Positions 45,916 through 56,641 of a DNA stretch of 64,000 bases are shown piece after piece. The position numbers were made by a program, and so were the translations under genes. This stretch comes from Minisyncoccia bacterium (lineage in GTDB: Bacteria; Patescibacteriota; Minisyncoccia; Phycocordibacterales; Zambryskibacteraceae), in contig JBGTNQ010000012.1 in the NCBI GenBank assembly GCA_041742965.1, positions 1,379 to 65,378 of the forward strand. Reading direction: 5' to 3'. Under the pieces are notes generated by a model, which saw only the letters and a program-made list of their open reading frames with translations, searched no databases and had not been told where the DNA came from. Numbering within the stretch: the stretch's first letter is position 1; each line of letters begins with the position of its first letter.

Positions 45916-47385
45916 GTGATGAACCCGTTCCTAAGAAACCAACTCCGGCTTTCTTCAAAGAAAGCCTTGGAGTCGGCGACTCGCAAAATCAGTGGTTTCT
46001 TCGTCGCGGCCAAGAAAGCGATCGGTCGCCCACTCACTTGGACATGGACCAAAACTAAGGAGGTAGGAGTGAGTATCAAAAAAGTAGTTGGTGGACTCTT
46101 CAGCTCTGCTGGTCTGTATGTCAAAGATCAGTGGAAGAAGAATGCTCGACGAGTAGTTGAGGTGGTGTTGTATTTCATCATCATCCCAATACTCCTCTTC
46201 ACCTTCTACGTGAATTTGGGAGTCTCTATCAAAGAGCTTCCTTTCGCGAAGATTGCGTTGTACGGAGGAATCGGACTCGCTGTTGCCCTCTTGCTCTGGC
46301 TCAGTTGGAGCAAGAGGAATAAGTTAGTCAGCGCAGTTCGAGGTATTGGGAGCAGTGGAGGTGGTGGAAATAGCGGTGACGCTATTTCAAGATTCTTCAC
46401 TTCTGTTGCCGTGTTTCTTGTCTTCAATGCCGCCTACTGGGCGATGTTGAGTCAAATCCACGGCGACTGGGGATCAGAGTATTTTACTGGCACGTGGTTA
46501 TGGTCTCCAGCCTTCATTGTGCTGGCCGTGGCAACACTTGTCATGGGGTTCTCCTACGGGAGGGCAAACAAGCAGTTCGGATTCCTCCGAGTGCCGGCGG
46601 CGATAATGATTACCGTGACGGTAATCATGGCAATGCTTCCTGGTATCGGCGGGCCAGTACGGCCCAAGATACCGGGTTTCGCCGAAGCTTCGGCGGTGAA
46701 TTATACCCTGCCGAGGAAGCTAGCGGATGCGCCCTGGATAGTCTATCAGGGGCCGGTCAAGGACTCGGTCCTTGCTGCCTTCCCCAGCGATACCACTATG
46801 TGGAATATCGCTGCAGCCGAAAGTGGCTTCCGTCAGTTTGATAGTGACGGAGTCCCTCTTCCGAACGACGAGGGGTCAAGCGCTGTGGGAGTCTTCCAGA
46901 TTATGGAAGGTCTCCATGGTCGCGACTGCGGAGCCGACCTCGATATCCATACCATTTCGGGGAATATCGCTTGCGCGAAAATTCTCCGAGAGCGTAATGG
47001 GTACCACGACTGGGCAAGTTCTGCCTGGAAGTGGCGCGACTGGTACGCCACCGAGCCAGAGCACTGGTCATTCGACAGGGCTCCAGAGTACCTTCTGGCA
47101 AGGAGTGCTCTCGGTGACGAGGTCGTGATCGTCGACGCCCCTGTGGGCAGTGAGAGTATTGCTGTCCACACCAATGGACGGAAGTACTGTTGGTCGGCTG
47201 ATGGCGAGGGAGTGCCATACCTCGTCATCGACGATGCTGGTCAGACAGCCACCATCAATCCGGGTGAGAGCGTTAAGCTCACTCGGTATGCGCGGTGGTT
47301 GAAGTTCCAATCACTTGGAGAAGTTCCCCTGAAGATTGTTTTCAGGCGGAGACCTCCTGGGGTCATGAGTTGCAGTACCGCCTGA
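45916..47385 (+). CDS. Multi-TM protein with a lysozyme-like/lytic transglycosylase domain
   Basis: IAAAESGFRQF (catalytic Glu), SSAVGVFQI and GNIACA motifs after 5 TM segments. Confidence 0.7.
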   Translation: MMNPFLRNQLRLSSKKALESATRKISGFFVAAKKAIGRPLTWTWTKTKEVGVSIKKVVGGLFSSAGLYVKDQWKKNARRVVEVVLYFIIIPILLFTFYVNLGVSIKELPFAKIALYGGIGLAVALLLWLSWSKRNKLVSAVRGIGSSGGGGNSGDAISRFFTSVAVFLVFNAAYWAMLSQIHGDWGSEYFTGTWLWSPAFIVLAVATLVMGFSYGRANKQFGFLRVPAAIMITVTVIMAMLPGIGGPVRPKIPGFAEASAVNYTLPRKLADAPWIVYQGPVKDSVLAAFPSDTTMWNIAAAESGFRQFDSDGVPLPNDEGSSAVGVFQIMEGLHGRDCGADLDIHTISGNIACAKILRERNGYHDWASSAWKWRDWYATEPEHWSFDRAPEYLLARSALGDEVVIVDAPVGSESIAVHTNGRKYCWSADGEGVPYLVIDDAGQTATINPGESVKLTRYARWLKFQSLGEVPLKIVFRRRPPGVMSCSTA

Positions 47386-47404
47386 TTTTGGGCGGTGAAA
47401 AACG

Positions 47405-47473
47405 AGGGCGACGCGAAAGCGTCGCCCTTTTCTCATACCAAAACCCCCTCCGCCTTGGGCGGAGGGGGTTTTG
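47405..47473. terminator. Two back-to-back hairpins between convergent genes
   Basis: GGGCGACGC-GAAA-GCGTCGCCC-TTTT and AAAACCCCCTCCGCC-TTG-GGCGGAGGGGGTTTT. Confidence 0.7.
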
Positions 47474-47482
47474 TATTCCAAA

Positions 47483-47764
47483 CTAATCAAGAAGTCTGTC
47501 TATATATTGCGGTTGACTCGCCCGAAGTCCAAATGTATTGAGAATTATATTTATAATTCCAAAAACAGAAACCATAATAATCATGCCTATAATCCCCCAC
47601 TTCATATGACTCTTGCCCTTCTCTCTTGCACTAGGGTCGTCACCTGATGCAACGAAAGAGAATATTCCCCAGAAAAAGAAGAGAATTGCTACAGCGAAAC
47701 CAAACACAATCAGCGGATTGAGTATGATTTCCGCTATACGAGCCAAAAATTCAGATATGGACAC
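47483..47764 (-). CDS. VirB2/TrbC-like pilin (T4SS_pilin type)
   Basis: FFFWG..F...GD....EKGK..M.WGIIG pattern. Confidence 0.75.
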   Translation of the reverse strand: MSISEFLARIAEIILNPLIVFGFAVAILFFFWGIFSFVASGDDPSAREKGKSHMKWGIIGMIIMVSVFGIINIILNTFGLRASQPQYIDRLLD

Positions 47765-47778
47765 GGAACAAATTTAAA

Positions 47779-48159
47779 TTAATTAGTCTGAAGATTTCCA
47801 ACACCTGGCGTAGTGCCTAAATTCTGACTTTGCTGAATACCCAAAGCATTACCAACAAAGCTAACAAGACCCCATACAGAAACCATCACAAACAAAGTTA
47901 CAACTCCCCATATCATCATGTTTTTACCTTTTGCTGCATCTACTTCATCTCCAGCTGCAAGGACAAACTTAGCCAATCCCCAGAAAAAGAAGAGAAGAGC
48001 CAAAGCTACTACTAGTGGCAACAAAAGATCAACAATCCTCCCAATAGACCTGAAAAATGTCTCAATATTTGTCAGCTGTGGACCAGCAGTACCAGCCATA
48101 GTTAACAAAGGAAGAGCGAAAACTGCTAAACTACCTATAAATTTCCTTATCATATTCAA
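47779..48159 (-). CDS. VirB2/TrbC-like pilin
   Basis: LALLFFFWGLAKF...GDE....GK.MMIWG...LFVMVSVWG. Confidence 0.78.
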   Translation of the reverse strand: MNMIRKFIGSLAVFALPLLTMAGTAGPQLTNIETFFRSIGRIVDLLLPLVVALALLFFFWGLAKFVLAAGDEVDAAKGKNMMIWGVVTLFVMVSVWGLVSFVGNALGIQQSQNLGTTPGVGNLQTN

Positions 48160-48256
48160 TAAATTAATATTAAAACCTATAAATTTCTTTCTAATATACC
48201 TACTAATAGTATCACGAAAAAATCGAAAAGACAGGCATATGTGGAAAACAAAAAAA

Positions 48257-48550
48257 TCAATTATTAACCTTTGGGTTTAATTGAGAGGGAGCATTACCTC
48301 CAATGAGGAAAATAACATCTTCTTGTATAAACCTTACAATTCCCCAAATAGACACCATAACGAATAAAACAACAATCCCCCACACCATCTTATTTTTTCC
48401 CTCTTGCTTCTTCTTCACATCATCACTCTCTTTTATAAATATAGCCAAACTCCAAAAGAAAAAGAGTAGAGCCACAGCCACAGAAAGTGGGAGTAGTAAA
48501 TTCACCAAGCTTCCAAATGCCGATATTAAATCTTGAATATTTGAAATCAT
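48257..48550 (-). CDS. VirB2/TrbC-like pilin
   Basis: VALLFFFW...EGK.KMVWG..LFVMVSIWG. Confidence 0.75.
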   Translation of the reverse strand: MISNIQDLISAFGSLVNLLLPLSVAVALLFFFWSLAIFIKESDDVKKKQEGKNKMVWGIVVLFVMVSIWGIVRFIQEDVIFLIGGNAPSQLNPKVNN

Positions 48551-48933
48551 GGACTTGTTGTAGGAAATTGAGGAATAGTACTAATAGGTTGACCAAACAG
48601 GTCACCAGTAATGAGATTTATTATTCCTATAAACGAAACCATTACAAACAAAGCCAAAATACCCCATTTCATAAGACTCTTCCCCTCTTCAATAACCTTC
48701 TCATCCCCAGAGCCCCTGATAACTTTCGCCAAACCCCAGAAAAATACTAGGAGAGTGGCTCCAACAATCACAGGTAGAAGACTATTAATAAAACTTGTAA
48801 ATAAGCAGAGAGTTTCTGCAAAGGTGGTTGGTGGTAATGGCACATTAGCCGGACAGGCAGCAAAAACAGGCACTGGTAGAAATACCGAGAAAGAAAGAAT
48901 TAGAATTAAAAATAGAGAAGAGAAACGAATCAT
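48547..48933 (-). CDS. VirB2/TrbC-like pilin
   Basis: LLVFFWGLAK...GDE....GK.LMKWG...LFVMVS. Confidence 0.75.
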   Translation of the reverse strand: MIRFSSLFLILILSFSVFLPVPVFAACPANVPLPPTTFAETLCLFTSFINSLLPVIVGATLLVFFWGLAKVIRGSGDEKVIEEGKSLMKWGILALFVMVSFIGIINLITGDLFGQPISTIPQFPTTSP

Positions 48934-49367
48934 GCGCGAAGTTGATTAATAGTAGTCTCAATGACTTGAGCTATAACCCAAGCGCCAAGCAATATTGCCG
49001 TACCTATGGCGGCGTTTGTAAAGGCTGCCTTGCCCTCCCCAATCTGCTTTTCATCCCCACGAGCCGTGACTAAAAGAAAACCTGCATACATTATATAGAG
49101 AACAGCTATTACACCCCCTAGAGGTAGAACTATGTTGTTTATTACAAGAGATATAAATTCATAAAGAGTTGAGGCTCCACGAACTGGGTTTTGAATCTTT
49201 ATTGTTGTAACTACGGGATTTGGACCCTCACCTTCTCCTGGATCTAATCCGGGGTCAGGACCCTCAGACTCACCACCAAGAAGTAAGATTGGTGAAAAGA
49301 GAAACAAAAAAACTAAAATATGTATGCTACTTCTTTTCAATTTCATTATATTCATATTATATATCAA
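48930..49367 (-). CDS. VirB2/TrbC-like pilin
   Basis: I.NP, YAGFLLVTARGDE....GK.....AAIG pattern. Confidence 0.75.
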   Translation of the reverse strand: MIYNMNIMKLKRSSIHILVFLFLFSPILLLGGESEGPDPGLDPGEGEGPNPVVTTIKIQNPVRGASTLYEFISLVINNIVLPLGGVIAVLYIMYAGFLLVTARGDEKQIGEGKAAFTNAAIGTAILLGAWVIAQVIETTINQLRA

Positions 49368-49757
49368 TTATTCAAGAATCGAATAACCATCATCAAGCAA
49401 AGCTGATAAAATCAAATCCACAATGAGCCAAGCAGCGAGCATAAATATAAGCCCCTTTGCCACCTTTACAAAAACATCCTTTCCTCTGTCTCTCTGACCT
49501 TGGTTACCTCCAGCGGTCATAATGAGAAAACCCGCCCAAGCGAAAGAAAGAGCTGCAAGCGGTATAGCTATTAAAATTAGAAAATTGATAAAATTCTGAG
49601 CAAGTTCTATGAGTTTGTTGTATGAACATGGACCAAGGGCAGAACCTGGGGCATCATCACAAACGATTAGATTTTCCCCAGCCATAACCCCAACAGTACC
49701 TGGTAGCGGAGTGGCCAATAAACAAAGCATTATAAAACTAAATAATATTTTTTTCAT
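49368..49757 (-). CDS. VirB2/TrbC-like pilin
   Basis: WAGFLIMTAGGN....GK......G...MLAAWLIV. Confidence 0.75.
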   Translation of the reverse strand: MKKILFSFIMLCLLATPLPGTVGVMAGENLIVCDDAPGSALGPCSYNKLIELAQNFINFLILIAIPLAALSFAWAGFLIMTAGGNQGQRDRGKDVFVKVAKGLIFMLAAWLIVDLILSALLDDGYSILE

Positions 49758-51046
49758 TATCTTTGCAAAAGATTTTGGAGTTCTTGATGAGCCCTAGTAA
49801 TGGCTTGTTCAAACCTCGCCCTTCCTCCGGTTATGGTCTCTATGAGATCTTTGAATATCCGACCAGTGGCAACCGCATCAGGGTCACGCCAAGCTTTGGA
49901 CCACAAAGCGTTATCAAAAAAAACTTGAGAAAAACCGTCAGAAGGTCTCTGTAAAAGCAAATCTCTTCTGGCAGGAGGTATTTGAAGATTTTGTGAAAAA
50001 ATAATAGAGACTTCTGGAGTTGTTAGGTTCACAATTGCTGAATAGGCCCCAGAGACATTGGAGGTGTTTCTCACTATAGCTAAAGCATGCATTTTGCCAA
50101 AGGTTGTCTTCCTGAGATTAGTGCGAGACTGTGGCAAAGAAGCAACATCAAAATTTAGATTTGGGTTTTTGAGATTAATTGCCTTAAGCTCTGAAGCGAA
50201 ACCGAAGTAAACAGCCAAGTCGCCGGATGTAAACATATTTTGAGAAAATGGGAGAGAGCGATTCCAAGAATAAAAAGGTTTGGCTGGATTTGAAAACTCG
50301 GTATAGAAAGTCAGGGCCGCAGAAGCCGGTGCAACTGGTAAGTTGAAATTGTCTAATAGTGCACTATAAAAACGATTTCCATCAGACGAAGTGATGGCTC
50401 CACCAGCTTGAAATATAAGAGTGCTTAAAATCTCTTTTGCATTTGCTACATTAGAATATTCTCCAAGGGCGACTGCCGATTTAACAATATTGAATGCTCC
50501 GTCTTTCTGAGTAAGAGTTTGTGATAATGTATAAAATTCATCCCAAAATGCCGGAGGGTTTGCTAAGCTAGCATTAGTGAAAATATCTCTATTCCAATAC
50601 ATAACAAGCGGATCAACAAGCATCGGCAAAGCCAAAATACCATCGCCTTGCAAAAATATTTCTCCCTCTTCTATGAACACATTTTTAAAATCTCGCTCTG
50701 AATACGCCGTATAAGGTATAGGGAAAATCCTACTACTATTCCTTAAAATATCTTCGTGTGGCAAAAAAACAATATCTGGGCCACGGCCATCAGCTAAAGC
50801 TTCAACAAACTGTTGCTGGAATGTGTTGGGGGATTTTTCAACATAAGATATCTGTATCAATTTATCTTTTGAAAGTGTCGTCTCAAAAAAGGAGGCATTC
50901 CATACTTGTTGGGAAACGGTCCCCCAAACTGTCACACTAACTTTCTCTCCACTGTCTCCACGAAAAAAGGCAAAAGCAAAAACTCCAATGATTATAAAAA
51001 CACCGAAGGCTCCAGTAAGAACTAATTGGAATTTGGACATATTCAT
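49757..51046 (-). CDS. Extracellular solute-binding protein (sugar-binding family 1-like), membrane-anchored
   Basis: VTVWG, ALA.GRGPDI, ALP..VDPLVMYWNRDIF, PP..WDEF. Confidence 0.8.
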   Translation of the reverse strand: MNMSKFQLVLTGAFGVFIIIGVFAFAFFRGDSGEKVSVTVWGTVSQQVWNASFFETTLSKDKLIQISYVEKSPNTFQQQFVEALADGRGPDIVFLPHEDILRNSSRIFPIPYTAYSERDFKNVFIEEGEIFLQGDGILALPMLVDPLVMYWNRDIFTNASLANPPAFWDEFYTLSQTLTQKDGAFNIVKSAVALGEYSNVANAKEILSTLIFQAGGAITSSDGNRFYSALLDNFNLPVAPASAALTFYTEFSNPAKPFYSWNRSLPFSQNMFTSGDLAVYFGFASELKAINLKNPNLNFDVASLPQSRTNLRKTTFGKMHALAIVRNTSNVSGAYSAIVNLTTPEVSIIFSQNLQIPPARRDLLLQRPSDGFSQVFFDNALWSKAWRDPDAVATGRIFKDLIETITGGRARFEQAITRAHQELQNLLQR

Positions 51047-51570
51047 GACTTTGTAAAAATTAATCCGTAATGATGCTTGCCGGCTGATATGTTTTTTTGG
51101 AAAACGAAGCCTACTTCAGAAAATACTTTTTTTGCATCATCTTCAGAAAAAACCGCATCTGAATGAGGTCCAATGCCTCCAAAAGAATCCGTCCAATCAA
51201 TCAAAAGAAGTCTACCTTTGGATTCCAAAACCCTAAATGCCTCTTTTGCTATAGCTGACCTATCTCTAACTTGAAACATTAAGTTTGATATAACTATAAC
51301 CTTTACCGCCTCGTCTTTGAGCCTACTTCCCAAGGGCTTTTCCAAGTCTCCCCAGACAACTTCAATATTTGATAAACCTTGCCTTGTGGCTTCATTTTTA
51401 ATCTTTGAGAGCAATTCTTTTTGAATATCTATGGCATAGACCGTACCGCCGTCACCCACGACCTTGGCCATAGCTAAACTATAGTGCCCAGAACCTGAAC
51501 CGAAGTCGGCGACACTTTCTCCAAGATTGATGCCGAATTGTTCTATATTTTTGATTGGGTCAGAAAACAT
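51043..51570 (-). CDS. Class I SAM-dependent methyltransferase
   Basis: VADFGSGSG, VYAIDI, RVL...GRLLLIDW. Confidence 0.88.
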   Translation of the reverse strand: MFSDPIKNIEQFGINLGESVADFGSGSGHYSLAMAKVVGDGGTVYAIDIQKELLSKIKNEATRQGLSNIEVVWGDLEKPLGSRLKDEAVKVIVISNLMFQVRDRSAIAKEAFRVLESKGRLLLIDWTDSFGGIGPHSDAVFSEDDAKKVFSEVGFVFQKNISAGKHHYGLIFTKS

Positions 51571-51676
51571 AATATTTATAGAGAGAAGTCTAAAATTTCA
51601 ATGACAATATTATAACCCACATTCAAAAGGAGCTATACACAGAATGAACAAAAAACAAAATTAGAAGTATGTATAT

Positions 51677-54154
51677 TTAGAAACAAATGAGAGAGGCGAG
51701 GCTGTCCCCTTCTCGAAGTTTCATAACTCTCACTCCTTGGGTTTGACGGCCAAGCTCTGGAATCTCATCAATTGCGGTCCTTATAACCTGGCCTTTCTTT
51801 GATATGGCCACGAGTTCTGCTTCCTCTTCACTTACCACAGCTGAGGCGATAACTTTTCCTGTTTTTGCTGTTACATTTCCTGTTTTTATACCAGAACCAC
51901 CGCGACCCTGTATTTTATATTCTGATAGGTCAGTTTGTTTTCCATATCCATTTGCATAGACAACCAGAAGCATAGGCTTAACAGTCTCTTTTCTGGCCAC
52001 TTGAGCTGCGACGACAATATCCCCTTTTTGAAGTTTCATCAGACGAACACCAGAAGCATTTCTGCCCATCTCTCTGACATCACTTGCTTTAAAACGAATT
52101 GACTGACCATTACTTGATACAATAACAGCACTATCTTCTGGATTTGCCAAAGAAGCTGAAACGAGTGAATCGTCTGGGGCTAGTTTGATTGCAATAATTC
52201 CACTTGAGCGAACATCCGAGAAGTTTTTTGCAGACACTCTCTTACCATTTCCATTCCTTGTAACCATTACGAGAGAAGTCCCCTCCTTGGATTTTTCTTG
52301 TTTTGGAACAGGAAGAATGGAAGTAACCTTCTCTTCACTACCCAAAGAGATGAAATTCATAATAGACTTGCCTCTCGTCGCTCTTTTGCCTTCTGGAATG
52401 TCGTACATTTTTATCTGATAGACCTTACCCTTATCTGTAAAGAAAAGAAGGTCGCTATGTGTAGAGGCTGTGAGGAAATGAGTAACAAAATCTTCTTCTT
52501 TAGTATTTAAGTCTACAACTCCTACACCCCCTCTCTTTTGGGCTTTGTATTCTCCAGGGTTGGTTCTCTTTATATATCCGCCGGCCGTCAAAACGAGAGC
52601 GTTTTCTTCATCTGGAATTAAGTCTTCAACAGAAAATACCTGAGCACCACCCTTTACCACCTTGGTGCGTCTTTCATCGCCATATTTTTCCTGAAGCTCG
52701 GAAAGTTCTTTTTTTATTATTGAAAAGATTTTCTTTGGATTTGCCAAAATACTTTTAAGTTCAGCAATAAGGTCTTGAACGCCTTTCAGTTCATCTTCTA
52801 TCTTTTTTCTTTCAAGTCCGGCCAACTTTTGAAGACGCATCTCCAAAATAGCCGTGGTTTGTAAATCGGAAAACTTAAACTCTTTCATCAACCCCTTATG
52901 GGCCTCTTCTACAGTCTTTGAAGCACGAATGAGTTTAATAATGCGGTCTATGTGGTCAAGAGCTTTTTTGAGACCCAAGAGTATATGTTCGCGATCAAGA
53001 GCTTTCCTCAAATCAAACTCTGTGCGCCGTCTAACCACTTCATTTCTATGAGAAACGAATTCGGTCAATATAGACTTTAAAGAAAGGGTTTGAGGGATAC
53101 CATTCACTAGAGCCACTAGGTTAAAGTGAAAAGTTTCTTCAAGTTGTGTGTGTTTATAAAGTTGATTTAGAATTTTCTGTGGCTGACTACCAGACTTTAG
53201 ATCTATGGCGATTCTTATGTCTTTCGTTGATTCATCACGAAGACCTTTTATACCCTCAATCTTTTTATCTCTAACGAGCTCTGCAATCTTAGTTATGAGG
53301 TCTGCCTTATTAACTCTAAAAGGAATCTCTGTGATTATAATTTGGAAGTTGCCAAGTTTTGATTCGCTAATTTCTGCAACACCACGCGCCACCACACCAC
53401 CTCTACCAGTAGCATAAGCATGGTGTATATCTTTTTGATTAAAAATTATTCCACCAGTAGGGAAGTCGGGGCCCTTGATAAACTGCAACAAATCTTCAGT
53501 GGTAGCATTCTTGTTATCAACCAAATAGGCCACCGCATCACATAGCTCGCGCAGGTTGTGTGGCGGAATGTTCGTCGCCATTCCCACGGCAATACCCAAA
53601 GTTCCATTCAAAAGAAGGTTGGGGGCCGCAGACGGAAGTACTATTGGCTCTTTTTTTGTCCCGTCGTAGTTTGGGCGAAAATCAACGGTTTCTTTTTCAA
53701 TATCTCTCAATAATTCACTAGAGAGACGAGACATCTTGGCTTCGGTATATCTGTAGGCTGCGGCATTGTCTCCATCAATAGAACCGAAGTTACCTTGACC
53801 AATAACCAAAGGATACCTAGTAGAAAAATCTTGAGCCATCTTCACCATTGAGTCATAGACGGAGGTGTCTCCATGCGGATGGTAGTTACCCAAAACATCT
53901 CCCACGACCGTAGCAGATTTACGAAACTTGGCACTTGCGGAAAGACCCATATTATTCATTGAGAACAAAATCCTTCTGTGGACAGGCTTTAGACCGTCTC
54001 GCACATCAGGAAGAGCTCTGTCTGTGATGACAGACATGGCGTAGTCAATAAATGACTCTTTCATTTCCGTAACAATGTTGCGAGGAACAACATTTACTCG
54101 CGGTTCAGAAGGTATTGGGAGAGTTCCCCCTTTTTTGTCTTGTTTTTTTGCCAT
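51677..54154 (-). CDS. gyrA: DNA gyrase subunit A
   Basis: [29 protein letters not shown], GyrA box QKRGGVG. Confidence 0.96.
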   Translation of the reverse strand: MAKKQDKKGGTLPIPSEPRVNVVPRNIVTEMKESFIDYAMSVITDRALPDVRDGLKPVHRRILFSMNNMGLSASAKFRKSATVVGDVLGNYHPHGDTSVYDSMVKMAQDFSTRYPLVIGQGNFGSIDGDNAAAYRYTEAKMSRLSSELLRDIEKETVDFRPNYDGTKKEPIVLPSAAPNLLLNGTLGIAVGMATNIPPHNLRELCDAVAYLVDNKNATTEDLLQFIKGPDFPTGGIIFNQKDIHHAYATGRGGVVARGVAEISESKLGNFQIIITEIPFRVNKADLITKIAELVRDKKIEGIKGLRDESTKDIRIAIDLKSGSQPQKILNQLYKHTQLEETFHFNLVALVNGIPQTLSLKSILTEFVSHRNEVVRRRTEFDLRKALDREHILLGLKKALDHIDRIIKLIRASKTVEEAHKGLMKEFKFSDLQTTAILEMRLQKLAGLERKKIEDELKGVQDLIAELKSILANPKKIFSIIKKELSELQEKYGDERRTKVVKGGAQVFSVEDLIPDEENALVLTAGGYIKRTNPGEYKAQKRGGVGVVDLNTKEEDFVTHFLTASTHSDLLFFTDKGKVYQIKMYDIPEGKRATRGKSIMNFISLGSEEKVTSILPVPKQEKSKEGTSLVMVTRNGNGKRVSAKNFSDVRSSGIIAIKLAPDDSLVSASLANPEDSAVIVSSNGQSIRFKASDVREMGRNASGVRLMKLQKGDIVVAAQVARKETVKPMLLVVYANGYGKQTDLSEYKIQGRGGSGIKTGNVTAKTGKVIASAVVSEEEAELVAISKKGQVIRTAIDEIPELGRQTQGVRVMKLREGDSLASLICF

Positions 54155-54167
54155 CAAACATTAAGTA

Positions 54168-54545
54168 TTACTGATTCATCCTAGAATCATCTGGAACAAA
54201 TTTAATTTCCCCAGATTCTACCTGAGCTTTCATCTTGTTATATTCAGATTCAAAATCAAGGGTAGATGTTGTCTCTGTAAAAAGCTCTCTGGTAGCGGTT
54301 ACCACTTGAGCAACACTTTTCTTTAGAGAGGAAATTGGGGTGACGCCGTCAGAGGCTCTCCTGTCTTCCGCAATAATCTGATTAGCATTTTGAGGAAGCA
54401 GAACTGAAAGCCAAGCAATAAATATCATACCCGTAACGGCACCTGAAGCCAAAAGGGCAAAACGGCGTTTGTGATGATCGGGTTTTTTTCGAAGTCCTGA
54501 AATATATTGATACATATTAGATATATTATACCTCTGATAAGACAA
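54168..54545 (-). CDS. Hypothetical single-TM protein
   Basis: KP...KRR.A..TM pattern; lies in the operon upstream of gyrA. Confidence 0.6.
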   Translation of the reverse strand: MSYQRYNISNMYQYISGLRKKPDHHKRRFALLASGAVTGMIFIAWLSVLLPQNANQIIAEDRRASDGVTPISSLKKSVAQVVTATRELFTETTSTLDFESEYNKMKAQVESGEIKFVPDDSRMNQ

Positions 54546-55164
54546 AAACCTCCCCCTCTTTACCTTCTAAATCCTTCTTCTTTATGGTCAATTTGTCAAC
54601 AGCTTTAGCGTCCTCACTCCCCGCCTCTTTTAGAAAAGTTTTGAGAGCTGTTTTTGATATTTCATCACCAAAATGAATGGGGACAATAATAGATGGCTCA
54701 AGTTTAACTGCTATGTCATTTGCCTGAGAAGGCTCTAGGACTCCATCTCCGCCAATCGGAACAAAAAGAACATCTATATCATCGAGTGCTTCTTTTGCAG
54801 AAATATCTAAAGAATCTGGAACGCCGATGGCTCCAAGGAAACAAAGATTCATTCCTTCAAGATTCATAAGGTAAACAGTGTTTATCCTATCTTTTGACTT
54901 ATAGTTTGAAATAGAAGAAAAACCCCTGATAAATATTCCGCCTATTTCATATTCTCCAGGACCATTTATGACGAAGGGTTCTCTGTCAGCTCTAGTAGCA
55001 GAGTCCCTGCCATTCATATCCGGATCATTTAAGGAGATGAGAGCGATGTCAGCACCAAAGCGAGTTGGTTTAAATTTTGAATCCTTAGACACTGGATTAT
55101 AAGAGACTACAGTGTCCCCAAATTGGACTTTTATAGACTCAATACCTTGATACGAGATAATCAT
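54526..55164 (-). CDS. Metallo-beta-lactamase-fold protein (Lactamase_B_3-like), metal motif degenerate
   Basis: GPGEYEIGG, DVLFVPIGG, EP..IVPIH motifs. Confidence 0.75.
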   Translation of the reverse strand: MIISYQGIESIKVQFGDTVVSYNPVSKDSKFKPTRFGADIALISLNDPDMNGRDSATRADREPFVINGPGEYEIGGIFIRGFSSISNYKSKDRINTVYLMNLEGMNLCFLGAIGVPDSLDISAKEALDDIDVLFVPIGGDGVLEPSQANDIAVKLEPSIIVPIHFGDEISKTALKTFLKEAGSEDAKAVDKLTIKKKDLEGKEGEVFVLSEV

Positions 55165-55289
55165 ATGGAACCATGTTAGCACAGTTTTATGAAAAATAAA
55201 GCTCTAAAACTGTCTTTTTTGGGATTTTATGGGCCTTGTTTTTTAATCTATTTTCATATAGAATCGCACTTACTTAGCCTAAAGCTAGG

Positions 55290-55380
55290 TTTTTGTTTTA
55301 TCAATTTATTAGGCGAATCGTAACCTTACGCAGGAGAAATGATGTACCGGCGATGCGTAAATCGGTTCGCACAAAACAAA
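55290..55380 (+). promoter_or_regulatory. Structured 5' leader of rpsA
   Basis: Nested pairings GCGAATCG/CGGTTCGC and TTACGCA/TGCGTAA immediately before the ATG. Confidence 0.5.
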
Positions 55381-56501
55381 TGGCAGAAGAAAAAATAGTT
55401 GAAGAAGAGATTGCTGAAGAAGAAGTGGTTCCCAAAAAAGACAGTGCTATGGATAAGCTCATGGCTGACTCCCCTAACCCCCCATCAATTGATGATTTGG
55501 TAGAAGGGACCGTTATAGGTATTGATAAAGGAGCACTTTATATTGATGTCCCCCCTTTTGGAACTGGTATCATATACGGCCGTGAATACATAAATGCTCG
55601 CGACATTATAAGAAAGGTGAATGTTGGTGACTCGGTCGCTGGTAAAGTAATCGCCCTTGATAATAAAGACGGCTACATAGAGATATCTCTAAAAGAAGCT
55701 CGCCAAGCACTCATCTGGAGTGAGGCTGAAGATGCCATTAGAGACCACATTGTATTTGATTTACCAATTCAAGAGGCCAATAAAGGTGGCCTCATACTTG
55801 CTTGGCAAGGAATACAGGGTTTTCTTCCCGCTTCACAACTAAAACCAGAACACTATCCTAGAGTCTCCGATGGAGATAAAGATAGGATTTTGGATGAACT
55901 AAGAAAGCTTGTCGGTGAACGCATCTCTGTCTCAATCATCGCCGCAATTCCAAAGGAAGGAAAGCTTATCTTCTCTGAGAAAAGCCCAGAGAGTAAGGAT
56001 AAGGAACAAATTGTGGACAAATACGCCCTCGGTGATGAGCTTGGAGGAGAGGTGACTGGAATTGTGGACTTTGGAATATTCGTAAAAGTAGAAGAGGGTC
56101 TGGAAGGGCTTGTGCATATATCTGAAATTGATTGGGCACTTGTAGAAAACCCTAGGACTCTCTACAAAGTGGGAGACAAAGTGAAAGTGAAAGTAATAGA
56201 TATCAAAGATGGAAAGATTTCACTCTCCATAAAAGCTCTCAAAGAAAATCCATGGAGAGAAGCTGAAAAGAAATACAAGAAAGACGACCTAGTAAAAGGT
56301 GTGATAATCAAGTTCAACAAACACGGCGCGCTTGCTTCTATCGAAGAGGGTGTAGCAGGACTTGTGCATATATCTGAGTTCGGTAGTGAAGACAAACTTC
56401 GTGAAAAACTTGAACTAGGTAAGACATATGATTTCAAAATCACTCTCTTTGATCCTAAAGAACAAAAGATGGCGCTCTCGTTTTCAGAGGCAAATAAGTA
56501 A
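55380..56501 (+). CDS. rpsA: 30S ribosomal protein S1-like (4 S1 domains)
   Basis: NKGGL, GFLPASQL, DFGIFV..EGLVHISEI repeats. Confidence 0.88.
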   Translation: MAEEKIVEEEIAEEEVVPKKDSAMDKLMADSPNPPSIDDLVEGTVIGIDKGALYIDVPPFGTGIIYGREYINARDIIRKVNVGDSVAGKVIALDNKDGYIEISLKEARQALIWSEAEDAIRDHIVFDLPIQEANKGGLILAWQGIQGFLPASQLKPEHYPRVSDGDKDRILDELRKLVGERISVSIIAAIPKEGKLIFSEKSPESKDKEQIVDKYALGDELGGEVTGIVDFGIFVKVEEGLEGLVHISEIDWALVENPRTLYKVGDKVKVKVIDIKDGKISLSIKALKENPWREAEKKYKKDDLVKGVIIKFNKHGALASIEEGVAGLVHISEFGSEDKLREKLELGKTYDFKITLFDPKEQKMALSFSEANK

Positions 56502-56641
56502 TAGAGAAATCTGTTTCGATTAGCAAGTAGTCAAGAGACTTAAATCAACCGCGTCGCTCGCAAACGACGTGGTTGATTTTTAGGTGGCTAGGTATAAGAT
56601 AAAATAAGAACCAGTTATCAACCCTCCACCGTGAGGTCACA

